From assembly GCF_006345805.1 (NCBI RefSeq), contig NC_043002.1, positions 11,594,001-11,658,000 on the forward strand: DNA of 64,000 nucleotides, read 5' to 3'. A program made the translations under genes and the position numbers. The notes below the pieces were generated by a model, which ran no database searches, was not told where the DNA came from, and was given only the letters and a program-made list of their open reading frames with translations. This DNA comes from Octopus sinensis. Lineage: Eukaryota. This document shows positions 24,500-38,030 of this stretch, one piece after another (the first letter of the stretch is position 1; every line of letters starts with the position of its first letter).

Positions 24500-24915
24500 C
24501 ATAGAAGAGCAGCTATGATAGAAGTTCTCTGCTAATCGGGGCACTCCGTCGGTTACGACGACTAGGGTTCCAGTTGAGCCGATCAACGGAACAGCCAGCC
24601 TGCTCGTGAAATTAACGTGCAAGTGGCTGAGCATTCCACAGACACGTGTACCCTTAACGTAGTTCTCGGGGAGATTCAGCGTGACACAGAGTGTCACAAG
24701 GCTGACCCTTTGAAATGCAGATACAACAGAAACAGGAAGAAAGAGTGAGAGGAAGTGGTGGTGAAAGAGTGTAAGGGTTCGCCACCACACCCTGCCGGAG
24801 CCTCTTAGAACTTCAGGTGTTTTCGCTCAATAAACACTGACAACGCCCGGTCTGGGAATCGAAACCGCGATCCTACGAACGCGAGTCCGCTGCCCTAACA
24901 ACTGGGCCATTGCAC
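24500..24915 (-). mobile_element. SINE-C, full length
   Basis: Reverse complement of the family at 14359-14735; B-box GGTTTCGATTCC; tail GTCGTAACCGACGGAGTGCC. Confidence 0.85.
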
Positions 24916-26027
24916 TTCCATTTCTCTATTGATAACCATTGTAAAGAAGGTAGATAATGTCTATGTCTAGGAACAGATATTTCGAATATTATATGCCTTC
25001 ATCTCTCTCTCTCTCTCTCTGTCTCTAGCTATGTGTCTGTATGTGTATTTGTATGTGTATGTGTGAGTGAGTGCGCGCACACGCGTACGTTCGTGTGTGC
25101 GTAAACACAAATCCACAGAAAAAATGGTACCCGATGCGAATTCGTCAGGTAACTTCATGTACATATATCAATCAGATAAGACATTCAACTAGCAGCGACC
25201 CCATTCTCACCTTATATCACCAATTTCGAAGTACTGAATGCGCTACATTGTCTTTTATTCCGTTGCCGTTGCCCACTTCACCAAATGGTTCATTGTTTAG
25301 TGAAATATATTCTGAAGTTAAATATTTATCTCGTTTAGTCTGGACGGGGGTACTTGTTTGTTTATCTGTCTATATGTTTGTTTGCTTGTCAGTTTGTCTA
25401 TTTGTTTGTTTGTTTGTTTGTCTTCATCATGAACTTTCAATGTGTTGGAATACTTTAGCTGTTTGGTAACAAAATTGGTGAGAAAAGCTGATCAGATGGA
25501 AGCAAGTTGTGATATAATTGCGAAGATCGTAAGTCGGTGAGAATTGTTTGCATGCTAAAGAGGTTTATTGACACATGAATTTTTTTTTTTGAACTGTCCA
25601 AAAGGTTTAACGCCTCGAGTATGATATTTAAAAAGAACAATGTTTTCGGGTACACAGCAATCGGTGGGCCTTGCTTGTTGCCCTCATTTTTTACCATTTC
25701 ATTTGTCATTCATATCATTATGTGTGTGTCCAGCCCGTAACTTCCTTTCTATTTAATGCCTTTATGACCAATGTGCTGAATGAATAAGAGAATTGTTTGC
25801 ATGCAAGAAAAAATGTTTAGAGGCAATTCTTCCGAATTTACGTTCTGAGTTCAAATGCCGCTGGGGTTCACTTTGCCTTTCGTTCTTCGAGGGCCTATAA
25901 AATGCTCAGTGAAAGAAGAACAGGCACCTTCTGAGCAGTTTTTCGGGGACTGCATAATTAATGGAGAAATTGGGGATGTGGAAAAATTTTTCGGACTGAT
26001 GATCTAACTTTAAAATTTGGAACAGAG

Positions 26028-26335
26028 AAGGCGGCGAGCTGGCAGAATCGTTAGCACGCCGGGCGAAATGCGTAGCCGTATTTCGTCTGCCGCTACGTTC
26101 TGAGTTCAAATTCCGCCGAGGTCGACTTTGCCTTTCATCTTTTCGGGGTCGATTAAATAAGTATCAGTTACGCACTGGGGTCGATATAATCGACTTAATC
26201 CGTTTGTCTGTCCTTGTTTGTCCTCTCTGTGTTTAGCCCCTTGTGGGTAGTAAAGAAATAGGTATTTCGTCTTTCATTACATTCTGAGTTCAAATTTCGC
26301 AGTGGTTGCTTTTGCCTTTCATTCTCAGAGGGTCC
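26028..26335 (+). mobile_element. SINE-A, about 1.3 units
   Basis: Head AAGGCGGCGAGCTGGCAGAATC; the unit restarts at GGTATTTCGTCT (~26260). Confidence 0.85.
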
Positions 26336-26777
26336 ATGTAATAAGCACGAGTTGAACACTAGTGTCGATGTACCCTTCATCCGAACTTGCTGGCCTTGTG
26401 CCAAAATTGAAATCAATATAATTGTGAAGAGCAGAGCAGTTATGATAGAATGCGCGGGGCCTAGTGGTTACGCCAAGATCATGATTTCGATTCCTGGGCT
26501 GGGTGGTGCGTTGTATTCTTGACCAAGACACTTCATTTCACGTTGGTCCAGTCCTGTCAGCTGTATATGAGTAATCGTACGACAGACTGACATCTTGTTC
26601 AGACAAAAAATTGTGATCTCGGTTACTTGTACGTCACAAAAACCGGATATCCGGCCCTATCCGTCCAGGGACTCGAGACAGGGATATCCAGCAGATGATG
26701 ATAAACATTTACGTTAGAATAAAAAAATCAAGTTACCTTAATTTATATTTTCTATTTGTAAGAATTCAATGTATTAA

Positions 26778-27403
26778 TCCTTCGTGGGCCGGCGTGGTTG
26801 GAATTACACAAATGGCCATTGGCATCTCGAGGGACCCCCATTTATTTAATTTTTCACCTTTCCGCACTGTCCATAAAGTAATATTTGTTTAATCTTGTAT
26901 ATATCTGTGGGTGCATGATACAGAACAAGAAATTTAGCACTTTATAGATATATATTTGTAATTATTAGCGTTTAATGAAGGGGAATTAAAATATAATTTA
27001 TTGACTGAAAAAAGCCTTTATTGAAAGAAGTCAAGATTTTTTTATAGTTTTATAAAATATATAACACTAAATATAAAATAAAACAAAATTATTTAGTATA
27101 TCGATTCATACCAGTACAAATACGAAGAAAATTGATTTATTGTTCATCAGAATATCTGAAAAAAGAGCACGAATTGATAATTTTCACAGAAGGTCAGTGG
27201 GGTTCAGTTGGACCCCAATGATCATATTTTATGCTGTAACACCCATATGACTGGGCATTTTAAGTTAGAAATTTGTACGTGCATACATAAAGTATTGACA
27301 ATAAAAGTTTTGAGATATAAAATCATTTAAATAAAGAATGTAAAAGTTGCGTAACTTTCAAAATTTGCTGGGACCCGAAGCGGCGCTGCTGGCCCACGAA
27401 TGG
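26778..27403. mobile_element. piggyBac-like MITE
   Basis: TTAA at 26774-77 and 27404-07; TIR TCCTTCGTGGGCCGGC versus reverse complement CCATTCGTGGGCCAGC. Confidence 0.7.
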
Positions 27404-27621
27404 TTAAACGGTACTAAATTCATTCGTAGTTAATTGTAGTAAATGAGACTATTTCATGAACGCTTTAGAAATAGAATCTGTATTTAATAACAAAATCATT
27501 CAAGAAGCAGTGAGTGGATGATCTTGGTTAAGGATCCAAGAACACAGACTGTTGTCCGTCCTATTATTTTTTTTTTAGAAAAATAAGAAAAAAAAACAAA
27601 GAAAATAAATAAATATTCAGA

Positions 27622-28030
27622 TTCCTTTATTTGTTTAAGTCATTTGACAGTGTTCATGCTGGAACACCGCTTTTAGTCGAACAGATCAACCCCAGGACTA
27701 ATTCTTTGTAAGCCTAATACTTATTCTATCGGAAACTTTTGCCGAATCGCTAGGGTACCGGGACGTAAACACACCAACCTCGGTCGTCAAGCGGTAGTGG
27801 GGAGACAAACACACACGCACGCACGCATGCACACACACACACACAAATATACATATATATATATATTGATAGATATAGATATATACACACGGCGGTCTTT
27901 CAGTTTCCGTCTACCAAATCCACTCACAAGGCTTTGGTCGACTCGAAACTATAGTAGAAGACACTTGCTCAAGGTTCCACGCAGTAGAACGGAACCCGGA
28001 ACCATATGCTTGGGAAGCAAACTTCTTACC
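27622..28030 (-). mobile_element. SINE-B
   Basis: Family head, body and tail motifs. Confidence 0.85.
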
Positions 28031-28225
28031 ACACAGCCACGCCTGCGCCTTAATAGATCAACAGATAGATAAGAATAGAGTGATGAGAGGAGAGAGAGAA
28101 AAATTAGGATAGAGTTATTATAAGTCATTGTTACAGCAGTAGCGTTTGGTAATTCTAGTAGAGGTGGAGAGGTTAAAGATCTGCGCCTGTAAACACGAAA
28201 ATATATAAAGAAATGTACATGAATA

Positions 28226-28635
28226 GCCGCGGGTGTGGCTGTGTGGTAAGAAGCTTTTTTCCCAACAACATAGTTCCAAGTTCAGTCCCATCACATGCCA
28301 CCTTGGGTAAGTGTCTTCTACTATACCCTCAGGCCGATCAAGGATTTGTGAGTAGATTTGGGAGACGGAAACTGAAAGAAACCCGTCGTATATACATACA
28401 CACACACATATGTGTGTGTGCATCCATCTGTGTCTGTGTTTGTCCAACCCACCGCTTGAAAACCGGTGTTGGCGTGTTTACACCCCCGTAACTTAGCGGT
28501 TCGGCAAATGTACCCGATAGAATAAATACCAGGCTTAAAAAAACAGAAACAATGCTGGGGTCGATTTGTTCGACTACAGCACTTCGAGACTGTGCTCCAG
28601 CTTGGCCGCAGTCAGATGATTGAAACAAAAGATTA
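28226..28635 (+). mobile_element. SINE-B
   Basis: Family head, body and tail motifs; inverted relative to 27622-28030. Confidence 0.85.
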
Positions 28636-29024
28636 GAAACAGATAAATATGCTTTACGTGCTTTCGAAGTCCCTTACATCGAGTTAGACGTCACCCTTTC
28701 CCCGACTCTTGCACTCACCATTAGAAATACAACGAACCTGTCATGGATTCGTTGAGAAGAGAAATAAAGAAGTCCCGCGTATCTAGATCGACACACCCTT
28801 TCCTCTTTCTCAGTCTCTTTTCTCTCTCTCTCAGAAATTCGGTGGACTTGACATTGGTCTCTTGAGAACGAGTAATCAACGACGCTGTTGTTCAAATATT
28901 GCGATATAAAAATAAATAAATAATAAATATGTCGCCATTATCACAAGACATGCAGACACACAGCCACAAGCAAAACTCGATTCGATATATCATTTAAAAA
29001 AAAAAATGCAGGAGTGGCTATATA

Positions 29025-29195
29025 GGCGCAGGTGTGGCTGAGTGGTAAGTAGCTTGCTTACCAACCACATGGTTCCGGGTTCAGTCCCACTGCGTGGCAC
29101 CTTGGACAAGTGTCTTCTACTATATCCTCGGGCCGACCAAAGCCTTGTGAGTGGATTTGGTAGACGGAAACTGAAAGAAGCCCGTCGTATATATG

Positions 29196-29230
<35 letters not shown>

Positions 29231-29440
29231 TTGTGTGTCTGTGTTTGTCTCCCCAACATCGCTTGACAACCGATGCTGGTGTGTTTACGTCCCCGTAACT
29301 TAGCGCTTCGGCAAAAGAGACCGATAGAATAAGTACTAGGCTTACAAAGAATAAGTCCTGGGGGTCGATTTGCTCGACTAAAGGCGATGCTCCAGCATGC
29401 CCGCAGTCAAATGACTGAAACAAGTAAAAGAGAGAGTAAG
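29025..29440 (+). mobile_element. SINE-B, full length
   Basis: GGCGCAGGTGTGGCTGAGTGG head; tail ...GCAGTCAAATGACTGAAACAAGTAAAAGAG. Confidence 0.9.
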
Positions 29441-29753
29441 AATATAGAGGAAGGCGAGTGGGCTAGTGTTTAGGATGCTCTACTCACAATCTACCGATCG
29501 TGGGTTCGATTTCCAGACCGAGCAGTGCATTATGCACTTGAGCAAAACATTTCATTACAGTTGCACCAGTCTACTTGGCTGTCAATGGGTTACCCTGTGA
29601 TGGGCTGGCCTTCTGATCAGGGCGCGGGTAATGTTGTCTTGCTCACCTAGCCAGCAAAGCGGTATCATTCGAAGGCTAGAACAGTGTGAAGTGCATTGTG
29701 ACCGGTGATGTGTAGCAACATCCAACAGACTAGTCGATCATGTGATGTACACC

Positions 29754-29756
<3 letters not shown>

Positions 29757-29850
<94 letters not shown>
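29757..29850. repeat. (TA)n microsatellite
   Basis: Directly visible. Confidence 0.95.
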
Positions 29851-29851
<1 letters not shown>

Positions 29852-31424
29852 GGAAGATAAAGGTATCATTGACATTTTGAGGTCAACCAAGACCGCATTT
29901 TGAGCTTTTGTAGCGGTTGTTACATAGATATATAAAGTGGGTGTTGAGGAAGTTTTTCAGAAACAGCCATTCCAGGTAAGATTGACGTATGGCATCTCCA
30001 GGTGATTTACAGTAAAGATAATTTTTGTAAGTTTATCTACAAATTTTCTATAGAATTTAGAGCCTGGATTAAAAGCTATGACGTTTCTGATACGAATGCG
30101 TTCATGTAAAAACTGCGATCGAAGATTGAAAAATTGGTCATAGGTGTATATCCGTATTTCAAGTGTTATTCCTCTTTCTTCAGTACTACATCCACCCTTT
30201 TAACTATCCACGAATACATTGCTTGCATAGCCACCAAGTTTAGTGGTGTATCGCTATTGGATAGACCAATTTACACATACAACATATTCGTGGCAACTAG
30301 TATGTAGATATTAATTGCTAGCAATGACACTATTTAGATTTTGCAATCATAATATCCAATGAGTATAGCAAAGTTTTATAAGTTAACACTGCACCCTAAT
30401 TTTGTGTTAGCCGTGCGATGTTTTCATTTTAAAGTTTATCTACTGAACGTTTATAGAATTTGGAGCCCGAGATAATGAGGAGAGGAGGACTGAATGCGAA
30501 TGGTGGAGAAGAGCGGGGGTGGTTTCTACAGTTTGTAGACTCAGAAGAGAAAAAGGTCATTGCAGCTGCGGTAGAAGCAACCCGAAGAACATAAATATTT
30601 GTGAACCAGTAATTGTAGTGAACTAGTAATTGTACCAGTAATTTGCGAGTCAAATTGCCTTCTGTTTTGGTTAGTGAGTAAGGTATGTATGTCTAGCAAT
30701 GGAACTGGCGTAGAAACGTAAGCAGTACTGGTGCATAGAGAATATATAACAGATCAGGAGTGGAATATTTTTAAGACTTTAAGAGAAAGCTTAATTCTTG
30801 TAAGGCTAAGTACCGCCAAATAGTGGCAAATTCGCGGAGTCTGTAGACAATCAAAATGGCTACCGGTATATGTTCTGACATACGATGTAAATTTTGAGGT
30901 GCTCTCAACTCAAAATCCACCGATGTGGAATTCATCTTTCATTCTTTGAGGGTCGATAACAAAACCATGGAAATAGCAATGGAGGAGAAAATAGTTTTAC
31001 AAAAATCTAAGACAGACGGACTGTTTTGCGGTATAAGTTCTATATCTTTGCATACCGAGATCAAATCCCACCGTGGCCTTCTTGGGTAGTACACTTTAAT
31101 TCGCCATCCAGTTGAGCATCACTCATTTTGAGGTTCCACCATGAGGGCCTTTAGCGGAGTACTCTGTGATGCGAACTTTCGAGCTAGTTCTATGGTTTGA
31201 GAATACCTCCCTATGTTTCCCTCAACAGTCAGAGAAGCCCTGTAAAAAGCTGTGGTCTCCCCTTACTTCCTGGCTACAGGAAGTGAGAAAGAGATGAAGG
31301 AAAATAGGAAGAACGAAGAGAAAGAAAGACTTAAGAATGGTAAGGCTTTGTTAAAATTCTGAAATAGGGAAAGACTGTGATAATGAAAGAAAGAGAAGGT
31401 TGTGAGGGAGGTAGAGAGAGAGAG

Positions 31425-31640
31425 AGCGGCTGTGACGACGAGGGTTCCAGTCGATCCGATCAACAGAACAGCCAGCTCTTGGAATTAACGTGCATGTGGC
31501 TGAGCACTCCACAAATACTCGTACCCTTAACGTAATTCCTCAGGGAGATTCAGCGTTACACAGAATATGACAAGGCTGGCCCTTTGAATTACAGGTACTC
31601 TTCAATTTTGGCAGCTGAGTGGATTGGAGCAACATGAAAT
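31425..31640 (-). mobile_element. SINE-C 3' part
   Basis: GACGACGAGGGTTCCAG...AATTAACGTGCATGTGGCTGAGCACTCC. Confidence 0.75.
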
Positions 31641-31646
31641 AAAATG

Positions 31647-32072
31647 GGATCTTTTCGGTTTGAAAGGCAGTTTTTTCTAGCGGTGTCATATGAAATTGTC
31701 ACCCATAATTATGACCCTAGTATCGATCTATTGCATTTCAATCTATTTTAGGGTTAGGGTTAGTTAGGGTTACGGGTGGGGGAAGGGTATCTTTTTTCTT
31801 CAGAAATGTAAATAAACCCAATCTGTTTCTTAAACGAGGGACATATTCATACGGCACAGAATGTTTTCACCTCAATAGACGTCATTGATTGGTTGAAATT
31901 GCAGAAATTGAAGAAAAAAAAACAACAAATATCTTACAAACTATAGAATTTTCTCAATAAAGCCAAGAGAAAATGATATTTTACAAACACATTCTAACAG
32001 TTTACGAAGTTTAAAAGTGTTTAGTTACGCGGAAATTATTTTAAAAAACTGCCGGTCAAACCGAAAAGATCC
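31647..32072. mobile_element. Second copy of the GG-terminal MITE, opposite orientation, 8-bp TSD
   Basis: Same TIR as 18405-18820; TSD ATAAAATG at 31639-31646 and 32073-32080; internal TTAGGGTTAGGG. Confidence 0.85.
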
Positions 32073-33342
32073 ATAAAATGTCTTATTTAAGGGCACAACA
32101 TCGCCGGGAATCGAACTCACGACCTTACAATCATGAGGCAAACCTTCAACAAAACAAAACTGATCACCACCAATACTGCCAACAGCATTATCAACAACAA
32201 CACCACTTCCACTGGAAGCAGCAGCGCTATCAGCAGTAACAACGCTATTATTACCAGTCCACATAGTAGAGAAGAAACTAGTTCCCACGGTCAGTTCTCC
32301 TCGCTGACTATATCACTGTATCACTGTTTGTTGTTATCGGCCTTTAAGTAACTCTTTTTTTTTCTCACAGCGTCATCACTGAACGCCATTGTCAGTGAAG
32401 CGGTCGCTGCAACAACACATGTTCTTTCCCTTTTAACACACACATATCGCTATATATATATATATATATACACATACACACACACACGGACAAATATACA
32501 TACACGTATGCACGTACACACACTCATACATATACATATATTCACACAAGCGTGCATACAATCCCATTACAGGCGTTTCGCTGTCACTAATTTTATCAGA
32601 CAACTGTTAGTTTAATCATTTCACTCCGGAAATGTATATATGTGTGTATATGCATTTGCTATATATATGCTTATTTGTATACGCACAATGTAATCTCTCA
32701 TATTCTCTCTGTTTCCTTCTCACACACACCTCTCACTCTTCTCTTTGTATATATGCATAAAATCTTAGATGCACACACATACATGCATACATATATACAT
32801 ACATATATATATATATTATATATACGTATACATACTTACATACACTGCATCAATGCGGTATTATCATATCTATTATGTGTGTATACCATTAGTTATCACT
32901 CACGGCTCGGGTGTACAAAGGCATATATATATATGAATATATATATATATATATATATGAATATATATACACTCTTATGTGTATATGTGTAGCTGTGTGT
33001 GTGTGCATATATATGATATGTATATGTGTGTATATGTATGTGAATGTATGAATACGCGTGTATAATATCTACATAAGTATGCACACACATAGCAGAATAT
33101 ACATACATATTGGCACGAACACGTTGCATGTATTTATGCATGGCTGCGCAAATAAGCATGCATAGATAAATGAGGACTACCCACACACACACATATATAT
33201 ATATACACACATGCACACACACACACATACACACATGTACTAATTAGATATATATGAACATGTAAGTGTGTTTGAATTTAAAGATAAAATAACAAACGCA
33301 TGCACACATATATGAAAGTGATTATATATTTTGTATATATAT

Positions 33343-33386
<44 letters not shown>

Positions 33387-33527
33387 AATGTATGTATGTA
33401 TAAATATGTACTCGAAGGCAGTTTTATCTGATTTTAGCTATATACACATATCTACATACAAACTGAAGGATATTTGTTAGTATCTATGCATTTATGGATA
33501 CTGGAATTAAGCTAGTAGTACACATAC

Positions 33528-33562
<35 letters not shown>

Positions 33563-33668
33563 CAACACACACACACACACTCAGTGCGATAGCATATAAT
33601 CACGTACGACATATAATGCACGTATACATAAATATTCAGATAAATTCGTATATATATATGTGTGTGTG

Positions 33669-33768
<100 letters not shown>

Positions 33769-33885
33769 AAGAAAGAGAGAGAGGGTGAGAGAGAAGAGAG
33801 AGATTCATACATACTTAAACACACATATATACATACATGTATATATATATTGATAGATAGATGTATACATACTTACGTAAACACA

Positions 33886-33918
<33 letters not shown>

Positions 33919-35242
33919 GTATATATGTATATATATAAACACATTTATACACACACACATGCATGTTTGTGTGTGTGTGTGTGATGTAAGTGCAGTATGG
34001 ACGAATGGTTAAGGCATTTGTTTCGCATTCATCAATCATAATTTTCCCGTTTCGTTTCCGCTGTTTGACAACGTTGTCGCTTGTTACTATCCACGGCCTC
34101 GAATGGACTTCTACTTTTTGATTGAAATTAGATAGGTGGAAACTGCATAGAATCCCATCGGACGGAGTGTGTCTTTCATTCAAAGGCTCAGTCTTGTCAC
34201 ACCGTGTTACACTAATTTAACCCGAAGAGTTCGTTAAGGGCATACTTGTCTGTGTAACCCACCTATGTATAGACTAAATCAATGAGCCAAGTAGATGAGA
34301 TAAATCGAGCAACTTAAAGATCATGGTCGTAAATATCAAACCAGAAAAGGTGGTACATGAGCTCTGAATATTAAGTGGTAGAATTTGTTAGAAGCCCTAC
34401 TTTTTTCTGAGTTTCTGCTTGTTATATCCTTATCACGTGTCGTACGTTTCGTGCTGAGCTTAAAGGACACTGCAATAAAAATCTTCCCGATTAAGCGCGA
34501 GTTCTTCCATCGGATGAAACCATAACGTTACTTTGTTCTGACTTCCTTAGCAGACATATTGGTGTGGTTTGCCACTACCTTCCCCAACTGGATGGCCTTT
34601 GGTCCACATGGAGCTCATCCACCATTCGACATGTCTTGCTTTTAATCCTGCTGGATGTCCAAACATCCTCACTACTGGAAGTCGTAGTGATTAAATGTCT
34701 TTAAAAGCAGAGATTAAATCTTTTTTCCATTCCAGTTCTTGTGGGTTAATGGTTTCAGTCAACCACCAAAAGATATAGAACAAGAATTTTGTAAAATATC
34801 TACAGTCACCAAAATGTTTGAATGCTCATTAAATCCGTCTTAACTTCAAATAATCTCAGTAATTTTGAAACTCATTCTAAAGTAAGTTTACAACATAGGT
34901 TTGAATGAAAATATGAATGTCAAAACTGAGATGTTTGAAGATCGACCATAGAATTCCACAGATTCTGTTTTCAGGCAAATGTCTGGAATGAATAGATATT
35001 GGGATGAAAGCGAGTGTATTGTCAGGCTGATATCCAGAAACAGCTCTGATGTTAAAACTTTGCAAAGCCAAAATTAGCAATTTTCTCAAAATTTTGCATT
35101 AGATTTAAATCAATATAACCAGACTTCTATTAAGGATACACCATACACAAAGAGAAAATTAGGGCACTGACAACCCAAAATAAATTCGTATTGATAGTAC
35201 TAGATATTTTAAAAGGTTCTTGACAGAATTATATACAGTATA

Positions 35243-35340
35243 AACGCAGGCGTGGCTGTGTGGTAAGTAGCTTGCTTACCAACCACATGGTTCCTGGTTC
35301 AGTCCCACTGCGAAGCTTGGACGGAAACTGAAAGAAACCC

Positions 35341-35382
<42 letters not shown>

Positions 35383-35630
35383 GTATGTGTGTGCGTGTGT
35401 GTGTATGTATTTGTGTGTCTGTGTTTGTCCCCATACCATCACTTCAGAACCGATGTTGGTATGTCTACGTCCCCTTAACTTAGCGGTTCTGCAAAACAGA
35501 GACCTATAGAATAAGTACTAGGCTTACAAAGAATAAGTTCTGGGGTCGGTTTGTTCGACAAAAAAGCGGTGCTCCAGCAAGGCCGCAGTCAAATTACTGA
35601 AAGAAATAAATGAGTAAAAGAGTAAAAGAG
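35243..35630 (+). mobile_element. SINE-B with internal deletion
   Basis: Head GCAGGCGTGGCTGTGTGG; CCCACTGCG jumps to GACGGAAACTGAAAG; family tail. Confidence 0.85.
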
Positions 35631-36201
35631 TTTGATAATAAACGAGTTAGACCTAAAAAAAAAGCAGAACCATTTTTACAACATCCACTGCAGTTTACGC
35701 CATGGAAGAAAATGGCCGACACTATTTTCACTATACAAACAATAATATAGACGAGTCCAAAAGGGAAACATTTTTGTTCAAGAGATTAATATCTGCTAGC
35801 AGGGAAGGACAAGGAGTGAAACGCTAAATTCTTCTCTCGTCACTGCAATTTAAATTGTGACGCTGTTTATATATATATATGGTTGCATACACACACACAC
35901 ACATTCATACACATACACACACAAAATAAAAGAACCATAGACTAGAAATCTTTAAATAACTATTGCTCTAGCTAGAATTAGAATCCCAATGACTGACATC
36001 ACGAAATATCAATGTATGATGTAATACAATCAACAAAACCACAAGTCAAAAAGCAAGAAAACATGAAGACATAAACAAGTTCAAACTTACAAGAATAAAG
36101 GACACACAAACAACAAGCATACCAGCTATATGCTTCCATCATCAGCGGCTTCACGGATACCAATGTGGTTTCACAACCTGGCCAGTACCACTTCATACAC
36201 A

Positions 36202-36273
<72 letters not shown>

Positions 36274-36289
36274 ACACACATACACACTG

Positions 36290-36425
36290 TGTGTGAGAAG
36301 AGAAAGTTGGTTTCAGCTTCTATTTCCTTGTGTGGAACCTTGGGTATGTGTCTTCTGCTATAGCCCTAGGTTGACCAAATCCGTGCGAATAGATTTGGTA
36401 GATGGAAACTGAAAGAAGCCTGCCG

Positions 36426-36459
<34 letters not shown>

Positions 36460-36640
36460 CGTGTGTGTGTGCGTGCATGTATGTGTGTATGTGTGTGTAT
36501 GTGTGTGTGTGTGTACACGTGGAGTGCCTACGTGTGTGCGCGTGTGAGCGTGTGTATATATATTTGTGTGCATGTGTACGTATATATATATAATTATGTA
36601 TCCATACACACCACACACACACAGACACACACACACACAC

Positions 36641-36675
<35 letters not shown>

Positions 36676-37170
36676 GATATATATATTCTTTCATTCTTTT
36701 ATTTGTTTCAGTCATTTGACTGCGGCTATGCTGGAGCACCGCATTTAGACGAACAAATTGACCCCAGGACTTATTCTTTGTAAGCCTAATATTTATTCTA
36801 TCAGTCTCTTTTGCTGAACTGCTAAACTACGGTGACATAAACACACACACATAAACATACATACATACATAGATATATATATGTATATATATGTATATAT
36901 GTATATATATATGCATATATATATGTATACATGTATATATATATGTGTGTCTATGTATGTATGTATGTATGTATGTATGTATGTATGTATGTATTATGTA
37001 TGTATGTATGTATGTATTTGTCCCCCCCCCCTCATCGCTTGACAACCGATATCGGTGTCGTTACGTCCCCGTAAAATAGCGGTTCGGCAAAAGACGCCGA
37101 TAGAATAAGCACTAGGCTTACAAAAAATTAGTCTTGGGGTCGATTTGCTCGTCTAAAGCGGTACTCCAGC
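36290..37170. mobile_element. Nested SINE-B pieces (plus-strand head and tail around a minus-strand tail)
   Basis: Plus head ~36290-36430, minus tail ~36680-36840 and plus tail ~37010-37170, separated by microsatellites. Confidence 0.65.
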
Positions 37171-37616
37171 TCGGCCAAATGATTATAAATCTCGCTTAGT
37201 AAACACGAGGTTACAGGTTCGATCCTGGGGCCTGCAATATTTTGGACAAATATAATTTACTATAACTTCGGTTCAACCATCACCTTGTGAGTGACTCAGA
37301 CGGACCGAAACTGCATAGAAGCTCATCGGGTGGGCTGCACCCGTTTTTAAAGGAACAGTCTTGTCTTACTTTTAAGTCGCTGTTTGTACGAATTACTCAA
37401 GTTCAACGAGCGGGTAATTCCATTGATTAATCATTTGAACTGTCATCGTCGATGCAGACGGAGATCCATGCATATATAATAATGTTTACTTATATGTACA
37501 GCTGTATGTAAAAAAAATTAAGGATTATACGGAAGATTTCAATCAAGTATCATATTTATTTTTATATGGAAAAAATTGACATTATATTTGAAAAGTTTCT
37601 ACTGGTTGGATTCGTG

Positions 37617-37664
37617 ACTCAGGCTGACGAAGCCAGCGACCGCCGAAACTTCGAAGTCACTGAC
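37617..37664 (+). ncRNA. Decayed type I hammerhead-like motif
   Basis: TCAGG | CTGACGA | AGCCAGCGACCGCC | GAAA | CTTCGAAG | TC | ACTGA; palindromic stem III ACTTCGAAGT and a GUC triplet; stem II is weak and stem I has a proximal mismatch. Confidence 0.4.
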
Positions 37665-37794
37665 AACGTTTCCTTGGACATACATACATACATACGTACG
37701 TACGTACATACATACATACATACATACATACATACATACATACATACATACACACGTACATTCGTACATATATGGTGTAAGTTAACTCGTTGTA

Positions 37795-38030
37795 GGCACA
37801 CGGTTTAGTGGTTAAGGTGTTGGACTCTTAATCATAAGATTGTGGTTTCGTTTCCTGGACCGGGCGATGCGTCGTGTCCTTGAACCAAACACTTCATTTC
37901 ACGTTGCTCCAGTCCACTCAGCTGGCAAATGTGAGTAACCCTGTGACTGACCAGCGTCCCATCCAGGAGGGGAGTTTATACACCTTAGAAACCGAGAAAT
38001 CGGCCCTTATAAGTCAGCATAACTCGAGAA
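37795..38030 (+). mobile_element. SINE-C-related variant
   Basis: tRNA-like head GGTTTAGTGGTTAAGG...GGTTTCGTTTCC; ACACTTCATTTCACGTTGCTCCAGTCCACTCAGCTGGC. Confidence 0.7.

Noticed and set aside
28718-28736. Possible 19-nt minus-strand exon (pyrimidine tract...CAG|GTTCG...ATG|GTGAGT)
   Set aside because: Splice motifs alone occur by chance in 64 kb. There are no neighbouring exons or recognisable protein; RNA-seq would be needed.
29911-29975. Possible plus-strand exon (TTTTGTAG|...CCAG|GTAAG) reading RLLHRYIKWVLRKFFRNSHS
   Set aside because: No recognisable homology and no supporting exons.
36130-36190. Minus-strand GAAAC...CTGATGA, possible type II hammerhead
   Set aside because: Stems I and II do not pair.
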